Assembly: GCA_038231135.1 (NCBI GenBank)
Contig: JBBRLX010000006.1
Span: 20,161-84,160, forward strand
Direction: 5' to 3'
Length of the DNA stretch: 64,000 nucleotides
Source of the DNA: Candidatus Eiseniibacteriota bacterium
GTDB lineage: Bacteria; Eisenbacteria; RBG-16-71-46
In this document: in pieces, positions 1 to 11,584 of the stretch
Layout: each line of letters begins with the position of its first letter
Position numbering within the stretch: the first letter of the stretch is position 1
Notes under the pieces: model-generated
Seen by the model: only the letters and a program-made list of their open reading frames with translations
Databases searched by the model: none
What the model was told of the DNA's origin: nothing
Position numbers and translations under genes: made by a program

Positions 1-41
1 CCAGCGCCTGCGTCGCAGCGCAATTACCCGGGAGGACACGT

Positions 42-923
42 CTATTCAGAGAAGGAGAACGTAACTGGGGTGCCACCAACCGTGATAACTACCCGACACG
101 GGGATCGATTTGCTACCGGGCACATAAACGTGGAAGTCGCGACTCGTGTCTCGCCCGGGGCAAGTATTGGGGACTGCAGCTCACTGGCGGTACTCATCAA
201 CAGCTGCGCCAGACTGTTCTCCTGCGTGCTCTCTGCGTTTAGGAATGCATTGTTCTGCGCCTGAGTTGCATAGTATCTATCCGCGGCCGCCCTATTCATT
301 AGCCCAGTTATTACCATGGCCTGAGCGTTACCGATTTGTTCAACAAGGGTCGGTGTGCTGCTAACGGTCCCCGATATTGTCGTGTTATTGCCATAAGTCC
401 ATGCATTAGCCCGAATGGTAGTCGGGGGTACTTTTGGCGCAGGCGGTGGAATTGGAACAAATGGCGCCATGTTCGTCATGGCTCTGCCTGCATCTTCGTG
501 CGCCGTGGCGGCAACGTCTTGGGCGGCTTGTAGGGTGTTAACCCTTACGACGGTATATCCCGCCTTTTCAAGGCGGATAAAGTCAGCGGTAATCGACTGG
601 GGCTGGGAAGATTGGTTAGCAAGATGCACCTCGACGTAGTACTTCTCGACGCCCCGAAACACAATACAAGATACTAATTGGCCGTTGACCGTCGTCGTTG
701 GCATCTGAATGTCATCGATGGTGTGAATTTCGCAAGAGGGGTTGCAACCCGACGCATTGAGAACCGGGCGACCAAAATGCATCTGTCCACTTATCGTCGA
801 CAGCTCGGGAGGCGACGGCAGCCTCAAGTCGTCGTCATTGCTGCTCCTGGCCTCCTGAGGGAATGCACAAACCTCACCTTGAAGGGCCGCAAGAATCGCG
901 AACACTGTCACCCAAGATCTCAT
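42..923 (-). CDS. Hypothetical secreted protein (N-terminal signal peptide, Pro-rich central segment); lies in low-GC patch
   Basis: Complete 293-aa ORF. N-terminus MRSWVTVFAILAALQGEVCA looks like a signal peptide. Local GC is about 50% against about 70% for the rest of the window. No recognisable catalytic motif. Confidence 0.45.
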   Translation of the reverse strand: MRSWVTVFAILAALQGEVCAFPQEARSSNDDDLRLPSPPELSTISGQMHFGRPVLNASGCNPSCEIHTIDDIQMPTTTVNGQLVSCIVFRGVEKYYVEVHLANQSSQPQSITADFIRLEKAGYTVVRVNTLQAAQDVAATAHEDAGRAMTNMAPFVPIPPPAPKVPPTTIRANAWTYGNNTTISGTVSSTPTLVEQIGNAQAMVITGLMNRAAADRYYATQAQNNAFLNAESTQENSLAQLLMSTASELQSPILAPGETRVATSTFMCPVANRSPCRVVITVGGTPVTFSFSE

Positions 924-1269
924 CTTGATACCCCCGCATAACTTGATGAAACAGATACAAGGTGAGCTGGCTTTAGCTAGGCATCGGCAGACAAGCTAAC
1001 CTAATTGAGCACAATGACCATTGCCTGACTCGTCGTTCCGGGAGGTCAACCCCTCGGGGTTGGGTCTCTACCACCTCAACGGGCCATGAAGGGCGGGGCG
1101 CCCCTCTTGTCGGGTGATCTTGGTCCTGCGAGCATTGATGTCGTGCGGGACGCACGGCATCGCACGATCTCGGTCAGCGTGGTGAAAAGCGATACCGGCG
1201 GAAACGGCCTAATTGCGGGAGGCAGCGGGGCAGTGGCGTGGCGAGTTCGAGTTCTGATCAGACAACAAG

Positions 1270-1998
1270 ATGGCCGAGAGGACTCTGAAAGGTACTCAGG
1301 GCCTAGACCGTGAGGCGACATTACAGAGAGGGGTACACGTGTCCATTCATATCGATCCCGTCCAAATGATTCGGGAGTGTCTCTCGGAGTACATCGAAAT
1401 CTCACGCCTTGGGCTCAATCACAAGAAAGACCATGCCGGTAGTGTCCTCGGGTACGCTACGGCGGAGATGCTCTTTCGAATAGTGGATGTGATCGGTGGG
1501 TACTGTCGTGACGAAATGGTCGAGGTGCGTGACAGCACGCGTCGAAGGGTCGGCACCGATTCGCAGGGGTTTTTCATCTTAAACCATCCGTACTTCGGGT
1601 ACATGTTTACGAGAGACGAGGTCAAGCGTGTTTGCAGCCAGGTAAGAAATCCCCTCACTCACGGTGCCATCCTTGGAGTGGGAGTCCGTCTTTCCAAGGA
1701 ACGCTCGGTTCAGGGTGGAATTGTATTTGGCGAGGATCAATGGCTTGAAATCTCCTTGCCGGAATTGTTTGAACGTGTGGAAGGCGCTGTAAGCCAGTTC
1801 CTTTCCAACGGCGAGAAGCACCTAGCATCTAGTCGGGTAGCCGAAAGGGATTACCTCGTAGTAAATGCGGCGGGAATCGAGGCCATTCGACAGAGCTCCG
1901 AGGGCCATGAATTTGCGCAATCTGTTTCCGTGACCGCACGCGGACCGGATCCAACGTTTCTGCCCCGTCGGAAAAGAAGAGGGTCCATTCGTCTCTGA
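1270..1998 (+). CDS. Hypothetical protein with RNPLTHG (Rx4H, HEPN-like) motif; low-GC island gene
   Basis: 242-aa ORF in the same low-GC patch. It contains R-N-P-L-T-H-G, which matches the Rx4-6H HEPN RNase signature. No other family was recognised. Confidence 0.4.
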   Translation: MAERTLKGTQGLDREATLQRGVHVSIHIDPVQMIRECLSEYIEISRLGLNHKKDHAGSVLGYATAEMLFRIVDVIGGYCRDEMVEVRDSTRRRVGTDSQGFFILNHPYFGYMFTRDEVKRVCSQVRNPLTHGAILGVGVRLSKERSVQGGIVFGEDQWLEISLPELFERVEGAVSQFLSNGEKHLASSRVAERDYLVVNAAGIEAIRQSSEGHEFAQSVSVTARGPDPTFLPRRKRRGSIRL

Positions 1999-2181
1999 CG
2001 ACGGACGTGGAACTGGCTTCCGCCCGTGACGTTTGCCGAAGCCCGAAGGGAGTGCGGCTGCGCTGCGCGTTCGCCCCGAACTTTCAGTACCAGGGAATCG
2101 TTCGCGCTTCGCCATTTGCGTCCGGAGTGCATCTCGCCGCGCCGTTCGCGCCCCACCGCTACCGTGGGCTACAGTCGCCAC

Positions 2182-3756
2182 ATGGCTGAATCCCCGAAAC
2201 ACCGCGTGCTGTGGGCCGACGACGAAATCGAGCTGCTGACTCCCCACATCCGGTTCCTCGAGCAGAAGGGCTTCGGCGTCACGCCGGTGACGAACGGCGC
2301 CGACGCGCTCGACGAGCTGTCGAAGTCGCGCTTCGACCTCGTGCTGCTCGACGAGAACATGCCGGGGCTGGGCGGGCTCGCGACGCTCGATGAGATCAAG
2401 ACCCGCGAGCTGGGCGTGCCGGTGATCCTCGTCACCAAGAGCGAGGAGGAGAGCCTCATGAACGAGGCGATCGGCCGCCACATCACCGACTACCTCATCA
2501 AGCCGGTGAATCCGTCGCAGGTGTTCCTGGCCTGCAAGCGTGTGTTCGACAGCAGCCGGCTGCAGGACTCGCAGCGCAACCGCGACTACGCGGGCGAGAT
2601 GCAGCGCTGGCAGCAGATGGACCTGAGAAAACTCGACTGGCAGGGCTGGACCGATCTCGCGATCGACGTCGCCCGCTGGGACGTGCGGTTCGACAGCGTG
2701 CAGGAGGCGGGGCTCAAGCAGGCGCACGTCGACTTCCGCCGCGGGCTCAACGTGGAGTTCGCGAAGTTCGTGGAGGACCAGTATCCGGGCTGGGTGCGCA
2801 GCCCAGACAACCGCCCGATGCTGTCGACCGACGTCGTGGCTCGCGGGGTAGTGCCGCACCTGAAGCAGGGCAAGCGGGTGGTGTTCATCATCATCGACTG
2901 CATGCGGCTCGACCAGTGGTTCTCGCTCGAGCCGCTGCTCGAGGAGCTGTTCGACATCCATCGCGACTACTACTACTCGATCCTGCCCACCGCGACGCCG
3001 TATTCGCGCAACGCGATCTTCTCGGGCCTGCTGCCGGCCGAGCTGTGGAAGCGCCATCCGGACCTGTGGCAGGAGGCGAGCGTCGAGGAGCGCACCAAGA
3101 ACCGCTACGAGCGCCAGCTGATGGACCTGCAACTGCAGCGGCTGCGCGCGGTGCCGGAGCGCCCGACCAAGTACATCAAGATCTACGACGCCGACGAGGC
3201 GCACCAGACGCGCCGCCAGATCAATTCGTTCTCGGGGCTCGGGCTCGTGAGCCTGGTGTTCAACTTCCTCGACATCCTCGCGCACGGCCGGTCCGAGAGC
3301 GAAATATTACAGGAGCTGGCCCCCGACGAGGCGGCGTTCCGCGCGGTGATGAAGGCGTGGTTCGTCCACAGCCCGCTGTACGAGATCTTCCGCGCGCTGT
3401 CGCAGCAGCAGGATTGCGTGACGGTGCTCACCACCGATCACGGCGCGGTGCTCAGCCGCCGTGCGGCGCTGGTGCACGGCAACCGCGACACCTCGACGAA
3501 CCTGCGCTACAAGTTCGGCGTGAACCTGAACACCGATTCCAAGCAGGCGGTGATCGTGCGCAAGCCGATGGACTTCATGCTGCCGGACGACGGCGTCAAC
3601 AAGAACTACGTGCTCGCGCGCGAGGACTTCTTCTTCGTCTACCCCACGCGGTTCCACGAGTTCGAACGCCAGTATCGCGGGAGCTTCCAGCACGGCGGCA
3701 TCTCGATCGAGGAGATGATCCTGCCGATGCTGACGCTGACGCCGCGCAAGTCCTAG
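2182..3756 (+). CDS. Response regulator receiver domain fused to PglZ (alkaline-phosphatase-like) domain protein
   Basis: N-terminal CheY-like receiver ([12 protein letters not shown]...[14 protein letters not shown]...ILVTK). The C-terminal approx. 400 aa have PglZ-type motifs ([20 protein letters not shown]). The ATG at 2182 lies inside the longer track ORF 2026..3756. Confidence 0.8.
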   Translation: MAESPKHRVLWADDEIELLTPHIRFLEQKGFGVTPVTNGADALDELSKSRFDLVLLDENMPGLGGLATLDEIKTRELGVPVILVTKSEEESLMNEAIGRHITDYLIKPVNPSQVFLACKRVFDSSRLQDSQRNRDYAGEMQRWQQMDLRKLDWQGWTDLAIDVARWDVRFDSVQEAGLKQAHVDFRRGLNVEFAKFVEDQYPGWVRSPDNRPMLSTDVVARGVVPHLKQGKRVVFIIIDCMRLDQWFSLEPLLEELFDIHRDYYYSILPTATPYSRNAIFSGLLPAELWKRHPDLWQEASVEERTKNRYERQLMDLQLQRLRAVPERPTKYIKIYDADEAHQTRRQINSFSGLGLVSLVFNFLDILAHGRSESEILQELAPDEAAFRAVMKAWFVHSPLYEIFRALSQQQDCVTVLTTDHGAVLSRRAALVHGNRDTSTNLRYKFGVNLNTDSKQAVIVRKPMDFMLPDDGVNKNYVLAREDFFFVYPTRFHEFERQYRGSFQHGGISIEEMILPMLTLTPRKS

Positions 3757-3772
3757 GGACACTGGGGCCAGC

Positions 3773-4246
3773 GTGCGGTTCACCTCGGCGTCGGAGGCGG
3801 AGACCGAGCGGCTGGGAGCGGCGCTGGGCGCCGTGCTCGAGCCGGGCGACCTGATCCTGCTGGAAGGGCCGCTGGGCGCGGGCAAGACGCGATTCGTCGC
3901 CGGTGTCGCGCGCGGTCTCGGCGTGCAGGCGCGCGTGCGCAGCCCCACGTTCACGCTGGTGAACGAGTACCACGGGCGGGTCACACTGCTGCACGCCGAT
4001 CTCTACCGGCTCGAGCCGGCCGACGTTTACGCGCTGGCGCTGGGCGAGGCGCTCGACCGCGCCGCGGTGGCCGTGGAATGGGCCGGGCGGCTGCCGGCCG
4101 CGCTGCGTGCCGATGCGCTCGGCGTCGTGCTGTCCGCGCCGGGCGACGACACGCGCACGCTCGACGCCACGGCCGCGGGCGCGCGCGGCCACGCCCTGCT
4201 CGGACTCTGGAGCGCGGCGCTGGCCGCGGCGCGGGAGCGCGCGTGA
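3773..4246 (+). CDS. tsaE: tRNA threonylcarbamoyladenosine biosynthesis ATPase TsaE (YjeE)
   Basis: P-loop [10 protein letters not shown] and the usual TsaE length. It sits immediately upstream of tsaB. Confidence 0.8.
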   Translation: MRFTSASEAETERLGAALGAVLEPGDLILLEGPLGAGKTRFVAGVARGLGVQARVRSPTFTLVNEYHGRVTLLHADLYRLEPADVYALALGEALDRAAVAVEWAGRLPAALRADALGVVLSAPGDDTRTLDATAAGARGHALLGLWSAALAAARERA

Positions 4247-5460
4247 CCGGACTGGCGATCGAATCCGCGACGTCGCACGTCGAGGTGCGCGTCGAGCGCG
4301 ACGACGGCACGGCGCTCGCGGAGCGCGTGGAGGAGGTCGGCCACGGCCACACGCGCCGGCTGACGCCGCTCGTCGAGGACACGCTGCGCGTGGCGGGCGT
4401 GTCGCTGGGCGACCTCGGCTGGATCGCCGCGGATCTCGGGCCCGGCTCGTTCACCGGCGTCCGCGTCGGGCTGGCCACCGCGCAGGCGCTCGCGATGGTG
4501 TCGGGGGCGCGGCTGGTGGGCGCGTCGTCGCTGACCGCGCTGGCACTCGGCACGCGCGCGCCGCGCGCGCTCGTGGTGCCGCTCGTGCCGGCCGGGCGCC
4601 GCGACGTTTACGCCGGATTCTTCCGCGGCGACGCGCGCGGCGACACGCGGTTGTTCGCGATGCCGTGCGTGGGCACGGTCGAGGTGGTGCTCGACCGCGT
4701 CGCCGAGGCGCGTGACGTGCTTGGCGAGGTTGCGGTGAAGTTCGTGGGACCCGGCGCCGCGCGCGAGTGCCAGGCGCTCGAAGCCGCGTGGCCCGGGAGT
4801 ACCACGCCTCCGTGGCGGGCGGCGGGGCTGTCGGCGGCCGACCTCGCCCGCGCGGCGTGCGCCACGGGCGGTTCCGCTCGCGGCCTGCCGGTGCCGGGTG
4901 CGGCGACGGCGCCGGTCTACGTACGCCCCGCCCTGGCCGAGGACACCGTGCGCCACCGGGCGCTCGCCGGCATCCCGATCCTGCTGCGCGCGATGACCCC
5001 GGCAGACGTGCCGGCGATCACGACCATCGAGCGCCAGGTGTTCCCGGATCCCTGGTCGGACGCGGCGTTCCTCGGCGAGCTGCGGCAGCCGGGCATGCAC
5101 GCGCGGGTCGCGGACCGCGAGGGCCGGCTCGCGGGCTACAGTCTCACCTGGCTCGGCTCCGGTGTCGGACATCTCGGGAACATCGCGGTCGCCCCCGATC
5201 AGCGGCGCCGTGGGGTCGCCGCGGCGCTGCTGGACGATCTGCTCGATCGCGCCCGTGCCATGACCGTGCAAAGCGTGACCCTCGAAGTGCGGGTCTCGAA
5301 CGCCGAGGCCCAGGCGTTGTACCGGACCCGGGGATTTCGGGTGGCCGGTTTGCGCCGGCGGTATTATCGTGACGGAGGTGAGGACGCGCTGGTGATGGAA
5401 TGGCGCGCCGCGGCGCCTCCCCGCGTCCCGGCTCCGGCGCGTCACGAAACGCGATCCTGA
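4244..5460 (+). CDS. tsaB: TsaB (YeaZ) fused in-frame to RimI-type GNAT acetyltransferase (tsaB-rimI fusion ORF)
   Basis: GTG at 4244 overlaps the tsaE stop. The TsaB fold (LAIESAT...GPGSFTGVRVG...PVYVRP) continues with no stop into a GNAT/RimI domain from the ATG at 4993 (TIERQVFPDPW...HLGNIAVAPDQRRRGVAAALL...LEVRVSNAEAQALYRTRGF). The gene order tsaE-tsaB-rimI matches the Bacillus-type operon. Confidence 0.65.
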
Positions 5461-5493
5461 TTCTCGAACTCCACCCCTCCCCACGCGGAATCC

Positions 5494-6440
<947 letters not shown>

Positions 6441-6444
<4 letters not shown>

Positions 6445-7697
6445 CCCACACGACGCTGCAGGGCGCTCTCGAAGCGCTCTATGGACTCGAACGACGCCAG
6501 GGGAAGCTGGGCCTCGACGGCACGCGCAAGCTGCTGGCGGCGCTCGGCAGCCCCGAACGGACATTTCGCGCCGTGCACGTGGCCGGCACGAACGGCAAGG
6601 GCTCGACCTGCGCCCGCATCGAGCGGGCGCTGCGGCTGTCGGGCGTGCGCACCGGCCTGTTCACCTCGCCGCACCTGGTGGAGTTTCGCGAGCGCATCCG
6701 CGTGAACGGCCGCTGGGCCGACTCCGCCGGGCTGCATGCGATGCTCGAGCGCATCGCCGTGCTGCCGGAGGCCGCGGACCGCACGTTCTTCGAAGTGGCG
6801 ACCGCGCTCGGGTTCGGCTGGTTCGCCGAGCAGCACGTGGAGTGGGCGGTCGTCGAGGTCGGGCTCGGCGGCCGGCTCGACACCACGAACGTGCTCGAGC
6901 CCGCCGTGTGCGCGATCACCCGCATCGGCCTCGATCACACGGAGCTCCTGGGCGACACGCTCGAGGCGATCGCCGCCGAGAAGGCCGGGATCGTGAAACC
7001 GGGCGTGCCGGTCGTCGTCGCGCCCGACGTGGACGCGCGGTCCCGCGCCGTGATCGTGGCGATCGCGGCGGAGCGCGGCGCCCCGGTGATCGAGCCCGAG
7101 GCCCTCGGGACTGCCGCCGCGGGGGACGGCGGCCACTCCGGTGCCGTGGGTGCCGCCTACCAGGACGCCAACGCCGCGACGGCGCGCGCGGTGCTGCACG
7201 TGCTGTCCGGGCTCGGCGTGAACGTGACGCCGCGCGCGTTGTGCGAGGGGCTCTCGCACACCCGCTGGCCGGGACGCTTCGAGCAGGCGCCCGGCGAGCC
7301 GCGCCTGTGGTGGGACGGCGCCCACAACGCCGACGGCATGGGGGCGCTCGAGCAGTCGTGGCGCGCGGCGTCGCTGCCGGAGCCGGCCGCCCTGGTGCTG
7401 GCGCTGTCGCGGGACAAGGATCTCGACGCCGTGATCGCCGTGCTGAGCCGGTTCGCCGGGAGCGCGGAGGTGGTTGCCACGCGATCCCACAGCGAGCGGG
7501 CGCTCGACCCGGAACGGATCGCGACCGCGGCCCGGGCGGCCGGCATGCGCGCGCGCGTGGCGGACGATGTGGCGGCCGCCTGCCGCGCCGCGGTCGCGGC
7601 CACCGCGCCCGGCGGCCTGGTATTGCTCACCGGCTCGCTGTTCGCCGTGGGCGAGGCGATGCAGGCGTTCGGTGGCGCGCCGGGAGAACTGCTGTGA
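6441..7697 (+). CDS. folC: Bifunctional folylpolyglutamate synthase / dihydrofolate synthase
   Basis: Mur-ligase-type P-loop VAGTNGKGST. It overlaps the accD stop, and accD-folC is a conserved pair. Confidence 0.85.
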
Positions 7698-10600
7698 GGC
7701 GCGTGTGGCTGGCGCTGGCGATCGCGATCGCCAGCGCGGCGGGCGCCGCGGGCGCGGCGCCGGCCGTTCCAGCGGCGCCGACGCCCTGGCCGATCGAGGT
7801 CACGCCGATCGTGCCGTCGAGGGTCACGCAGCCCTCGGATACGGCCGGAGCGGCGGCGCGGCACCAGGCGGCGGCCACGAGCCGCGCGTCCGACGCCGGC
7901 AGGTCCATCGCACCCACTGCGGGCGCCGGCGCGCACGATGGCGCCGAACCTGCCAACCGCACACCCGCGCCGCCGGGGTTCGGCGCCGCGTTCGACAGCA
8001 CCCGCGGCTCCCACCCGGGGACGCCGGGCACCGCGATCGTCGTGGCACGCGACTCCGGAGCGGTGGTGCCCCCGGCCGCGGCGGGCATCGGCACGCCGCC
8101 GCGCGCCGTGCGGCCGCCGGCGTCGGCACCGGCGCGGCCGGCCGGACCCACGCCGCCGCTCAACATCGCCGCCGACAACGTCACCGGCAGCCACGGGCCC
8201 GAAGGCGACGTGATTCTGCTCAACGGCAACGTGCGGATCACCCGCATGCGGAGCGTGATCACCTCCGACCACGGCCGCTACCTGCGCAGCGAGGGCATGC
8301 TGTACCTGGAACAGAACGTGAAGCTGGTCGACAGCACCACCACGATGACGTGCAACCAGGCCTCCTACTCCGAGAACGACGACATGCTCCGCCTGCAGGG
8401 CAACGTCGTGGTCACCGACCACGACGCCACGCTGCGGGCGCCGTGGGCCACCTACGATCGCCGCATCGGGCGGGCCGAGCTGTTCGGCGGCGTCGACGCG
8501 CACGACAAGCACGAGACGATGCGCGCCGACAGCGCGCTCTACCTGCGGGACTCGTTGCTGCTCAAGGCCCGCGGCCACGTGCGCGGCATCGACAAGGACA
8601 ACAAGCTGGAACTCACCGCCCGCGCCGTCGACTGGGATCGCGACGCCCGGGACGCGATCGCGTGGGGCGATCCCCAGCTCGTGTCGCACGAGGACCAGGG
8701 CCACGACACCGTGATCCGCGCGCGCACGCTGCGCGTGAACACCGACACGCGCGTGGCCGAGGCGGTGGACTCGGTCACGATCGTGCGCGACACGCTGCAG
8801 GCCCGCGCCGACTACGGGCAGTTCGACGATCTCGCGAACTACGCGATCCTCACCGGCCACCCGCGCGCCTGGGACCAGGAGACGGTGGTGACGGGCGACA
8901 CGCTCGAGATGTGGACGGACGGCCATCACCTGCAGCGCGTGGTCGTGGAGCGCAACGCGGTGATGGACTACGCCGGCCGGGAGCCGCTGACACTGGGCGA
9001 GAAGAGCCGGCTCAGCGGCGACCAGGTGACCGTGTACTTCACCGACGACGACATCGACAGCCTGGTGTCGGTCGGCAAGGCGCACAACGACTACACGGCC
9101 GTGCCGCGGCCCGGGAAGGCGTCCGAGACGAATCTCGCCCAGGGCGACACGATCACCGTGTTCTTCCTCAAGCGGAAGATCGATCGCGCCCGGGTGGAGG
9201 GCAAGGCGTCGGGCGAGTACCAGTTCGCCGTCGCGAAGGGGGACACCGCCGCCGCGGCCGACGAGCGCGTGCGCTACGACGCCCGCACCATCGAGTACCA
9301 GGTGTCGCGCAACCGCATCGTGCTCGACCCCGGGGCCCATCTCACGTATCGCGATCTGGAGCTGACCGCGCGCCGCGTGGAGTTCGACCTCAACCGCCAG
9401 ACGCTGGTCGCGGAGGGCAAGCCGGAACTGGTCGAGCACGGCGACAAGGTGACCGGCAACCTGATGACGTACGACCTCGAATCGCGCGTCGGCAACATCT
9501 ACAAGGCCGAGACCGAATACGAGGCGGGGCTGTATCACGGCGAGCGGATCCGGAAGGTGAGCGACAAGGAACTGGACGTGATGAACGGCTCCTACAGCAC
9601 CTGCAATCTGCCGGAGCCGCACTATCACTTCGCGTCGCGCTGGATGAAGATCTATCTCAAGGACAAGCTGGTCGCGAAGCCGGTGGTGTTCTACGTCAAG
9701 CACGTGCCGCTGCTGGCGCTGCCGTTCTGGGTGTTCCCGCTCAAGCCCGGCCGGCACTCCGGATTCATGCTGCCGACGTTCCAGCTCGGCTTCAGCAATC
9801 GCGCCGGCCAGTTCTTCCGGAACGCCGGCTACTACTGGGCGCCGAACGACTACATGGATCTGACGGTGGACGGCGACTACTACGCGGCCGAGCCGTCCTG
9901 GGTGGTCCGCACCGAGGGCAATTACAAGCTGATGTACGTGCTCGACGGCACGTTCAACGGCAGCTTCGCGCGTGACGAGGGCATCAAGACCGAGAACTGG
10001 GACTTCGACGCCGACCACACCCAGGAGCTGACCCCGCGCTCCCGGCTCGTGGCGCGGGCGTCGTTCGTGTCGAGCCGCGACTACAACTCGAGCAACCTGT
10101 TCGGGCGCTCGCTGTCGCAGCGCCTCAACCGGTTCCTCACGTCGAGCGTCGCGATCAGCCACAACGCGGACTGGGCGAGCTTCAACAACTTCGTCGAGCG
10201 GCGCCAGGATCTCGACGCCGATCTCGAGCTCGACGATCCCGACGGCGCGGGGCCGGGCCGGTCGAAGCCGGTGGGCACCCGCGCGTCGCAGTTCAATCTC
10301 ACCGAGAGCCTGCCGAGCCTCGACATGTCGTTCCCGACGCGCACCGCGGGCTCGCTCGGGTTCCTGCGCGGCACCCCGTTCGAGAAGGCGCTCAGCACGA
10401 TGTATCTCAGCATGTCGGCGCGGTTCCTGTCGCTGCACACCCAGCGCGCGTTCGTCGAGGCCCGGCTGCCCACCGCCGCCGACACCACTCAGGATTCGCT
10501 GCTGGTGCTCGGCCAGGAGCAGAACACGCGGCGCGGGTTCCAGACCGACGCGTCGGTGTCCGACGCGCGGCGCGCGTTCGGCTGGCTGAATCTGCGGCCG

Positions 10601-11584
10601 TCGCTGAACACGTCGGTGGCGGTGTTCGACCACGACCGGCTGGGGAACAAGCTGGTGCCGACGGGGGTGTGGTCGGCGGGCATGAACGCGAGCGCGTCGT
10701 TCTACGGCACGTTCACGCCGCACCTGGGTGCGCTCGACGCGTTCCGTCACGTGGTGTTCCCCAGCGTGACGCTGCAGTACAGCCCGGATTTCAAGAACCT
10801 GCTGATCGCGGGCCCGAACGGCACCGAGCAGGAGCGGTTCGAGAGCTTCGGCGGCATCGGCGTGTCGGGCGCCAAGCAGTTCCAGCTCGCGCTCGGACTC
10901 GACCAGCGGCTGCAGGTGAAGCTCCGCCACAAGGACCAGATCACGCGCATCGACAACCTGCTGGCGTGGAGCATGTCGAGCAACTACGACTTCCTGTGGG
11001 CGGAGCACGGGGCCAGGCACCCGCTGACTCCGATCGGCTCGGCGGTCACGTTCCAGCCGCCCAAGTACTTCAACGCTTCGATGAACTTCACCACCGACCC
11101 CTACAACGGCCGCCCGCTGCGGTCGCTCACGTACTACCTGGGCCTCAATCTGTCGAGCAGTGGCGCGCGGCGCGACGATGCGCCCGGCCTCGCGGTCGAG
11201 CGCAGCTCGAACGAGGTCGAGGCGTTCCACGACAACTGGAACGTGGGGCTCACGTATTCCTATTCCGGCGGCTACCCCGGCGACCTGCCCGGCAAGGCGA
11301 GCCCGTTGTGGACGACGACGCGCAACGCGAACGCCGTGACGAGCTATCAGTTCAGTCCGGCGTGGGGCGTCGAGTATTCGGCGTCGTTCGACCTCACCCT
11401 GCGGCAGATCGGCACGCAGCGGTTCTCGCTCACCCGCGATCTGCATTGCTGGGAGGCGACGTTCTCGCGCACGTTCACAGCGGGCGGCGAGGCCGAGTAC
11501 TACTTCCGGCTCGGCGTGAAGGAGCAGAAGGAGATCTACATCGAGCGCGGCACGCGCTCGGGCAGCCTGGGCGGGATCCAGTGA
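7694..11584 (+). CDS. lptD: LPS-assembly outer-membrane protein LptD (OstA) with long Pro/Ala-rich N-terminal extension
   Basis: GTG at 7694 overlaps the folC stop. There is a signal peptide and an approx. 170-aa low-complexity segment. OstA-like N-terminal domains follow (GDVILLNGNVRI..., LRLQGNVVVTD), then a C-terminal LptD beta-barrel region (FASRWMKIYLKDKLVAKPVVFYVKHVPLLALPFWVFP). The track ORF 6386..11584 is rejected upstream of 7694 because it overlaps folC out of frame. Confidence 0.8.
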   Translation: MRRVWLALAIAIASAAGAAGAAPAVPAAPTPWPIEVTPIVPSRVTQPSDTAGAAARHQAAATSRASDAGRSIAPTAGAGAHDGAEPANRTPAPPGFGAAFDSTRGSHPGTPGTAIVVARDSGAVVPPAAAGIGTPPRAVRPPASAPARPAGPTPPLNIAADNVTGSHGPEGDVILLNGNVRITRMRSVITSDHGRYLRSEGMLYLEQNVKLVDSTTTMTCNQASYSENDDMLRLQGNVVVTDHDATLRAPWATYDRRIGRAELFGGVDAHDKHETMRADSALYLRDSLLLKARGHVRGIDKDNKLELTARAVDWDRDARDAIAWGDPQLVSHEDQGHDTVIRARTLRVNTDTRVAEAVDSVTIVRDTLQARADYGQFDDLANYAILTGHPRAWDQETVVTGDTLEMWTDGHHLQRVVVERNAVMDYAGREPLTLGEKSRLSGDQVTVYFTDDDIDSLVSVGKAHNDYTAVPRPGKASETNLAQGDTITVFFLKRKIDRARVEGKASGEYQFAVAKGDTAAAADERVRYDARTIEYQVSRNRIVLDPGAHLTYRDLELTARRVEFDLNRQTLVAEGKPELVEHGDKVTGNLMTYDLESRVGNIYKAETEYEAGLYHGERIRKVSDKELDVMNGSYSTCNLPEPHYHFASRWMKIYLKDKLVAKPVVFYVKHVPLLALPFWVFPLKPGRHSGFMLPTFQLGFSNRAGQFFRNAGYYWAPNDYMDLTVDGDYYAAEPSWVVRTEGNYKLMYVLDGTFNGSFARDEGIKTENWDFDADHTQELTPRSRLVARASFVSSRDYNSSNLFGRSLSQRLNRFLTSSVAISHNADWASFNNFVERRQDLDADLELDDPDGAGPGRSKPVGTRASQFNLTESLPSLDMSFPTRTAGSLGFLRGTPFEKALSTMYLSMSARFLSLHTQRAFVEARLPTAADTTQDSLLVLGQEQNTRRGFQTDASVSDARRAFGWLNLRPSLNTSVAVFDHDRLGNKLVPTGVWSAGMNASASFYGTFTPHLGALDAFRHVVFPSVTLQYSPDFKNLLIAGPNGTEQERFESFGGIGVSGAKQFQLALGLDQRLQVKLRHKDQITRIDNLLAWSMSSNYDFLWAEHGARHPLTPIGSAVTFQPPKYFNASMNFTTDPYNGRPLRSLTYYLGLNLSSSGARRDDAPGLAVERSSNEVEAFHDNWNVGLTYSYSGGYPGDLPGKASPLWTTTRNANAVTSYQFSPAWGVEYSASFDLTLRQIGTQRFSLTRDLHCWEATFSRTFTAGGEAEYYFRLGVKEQKEIYIERGTRSGSLGGIQ

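Noticed and set aside
1822-3285. 487-aa minus-strand ORF overlapping the receiver-PglZ gene, and similar very long antisense or alternate-frame ORFs (4027-6564, 7157-11446, 7474-9975, 20888-22894, 23200-24792, 33378-35930, 46565-49510, 61910-63649)
   Set aside because: These are a stop-codon-poor artefact of the approx. 70% GC content. Their translations are Arg/Ala/Pro-rich with no motifs, and each overlaps a well-supported gene on the other strand or in another frame.
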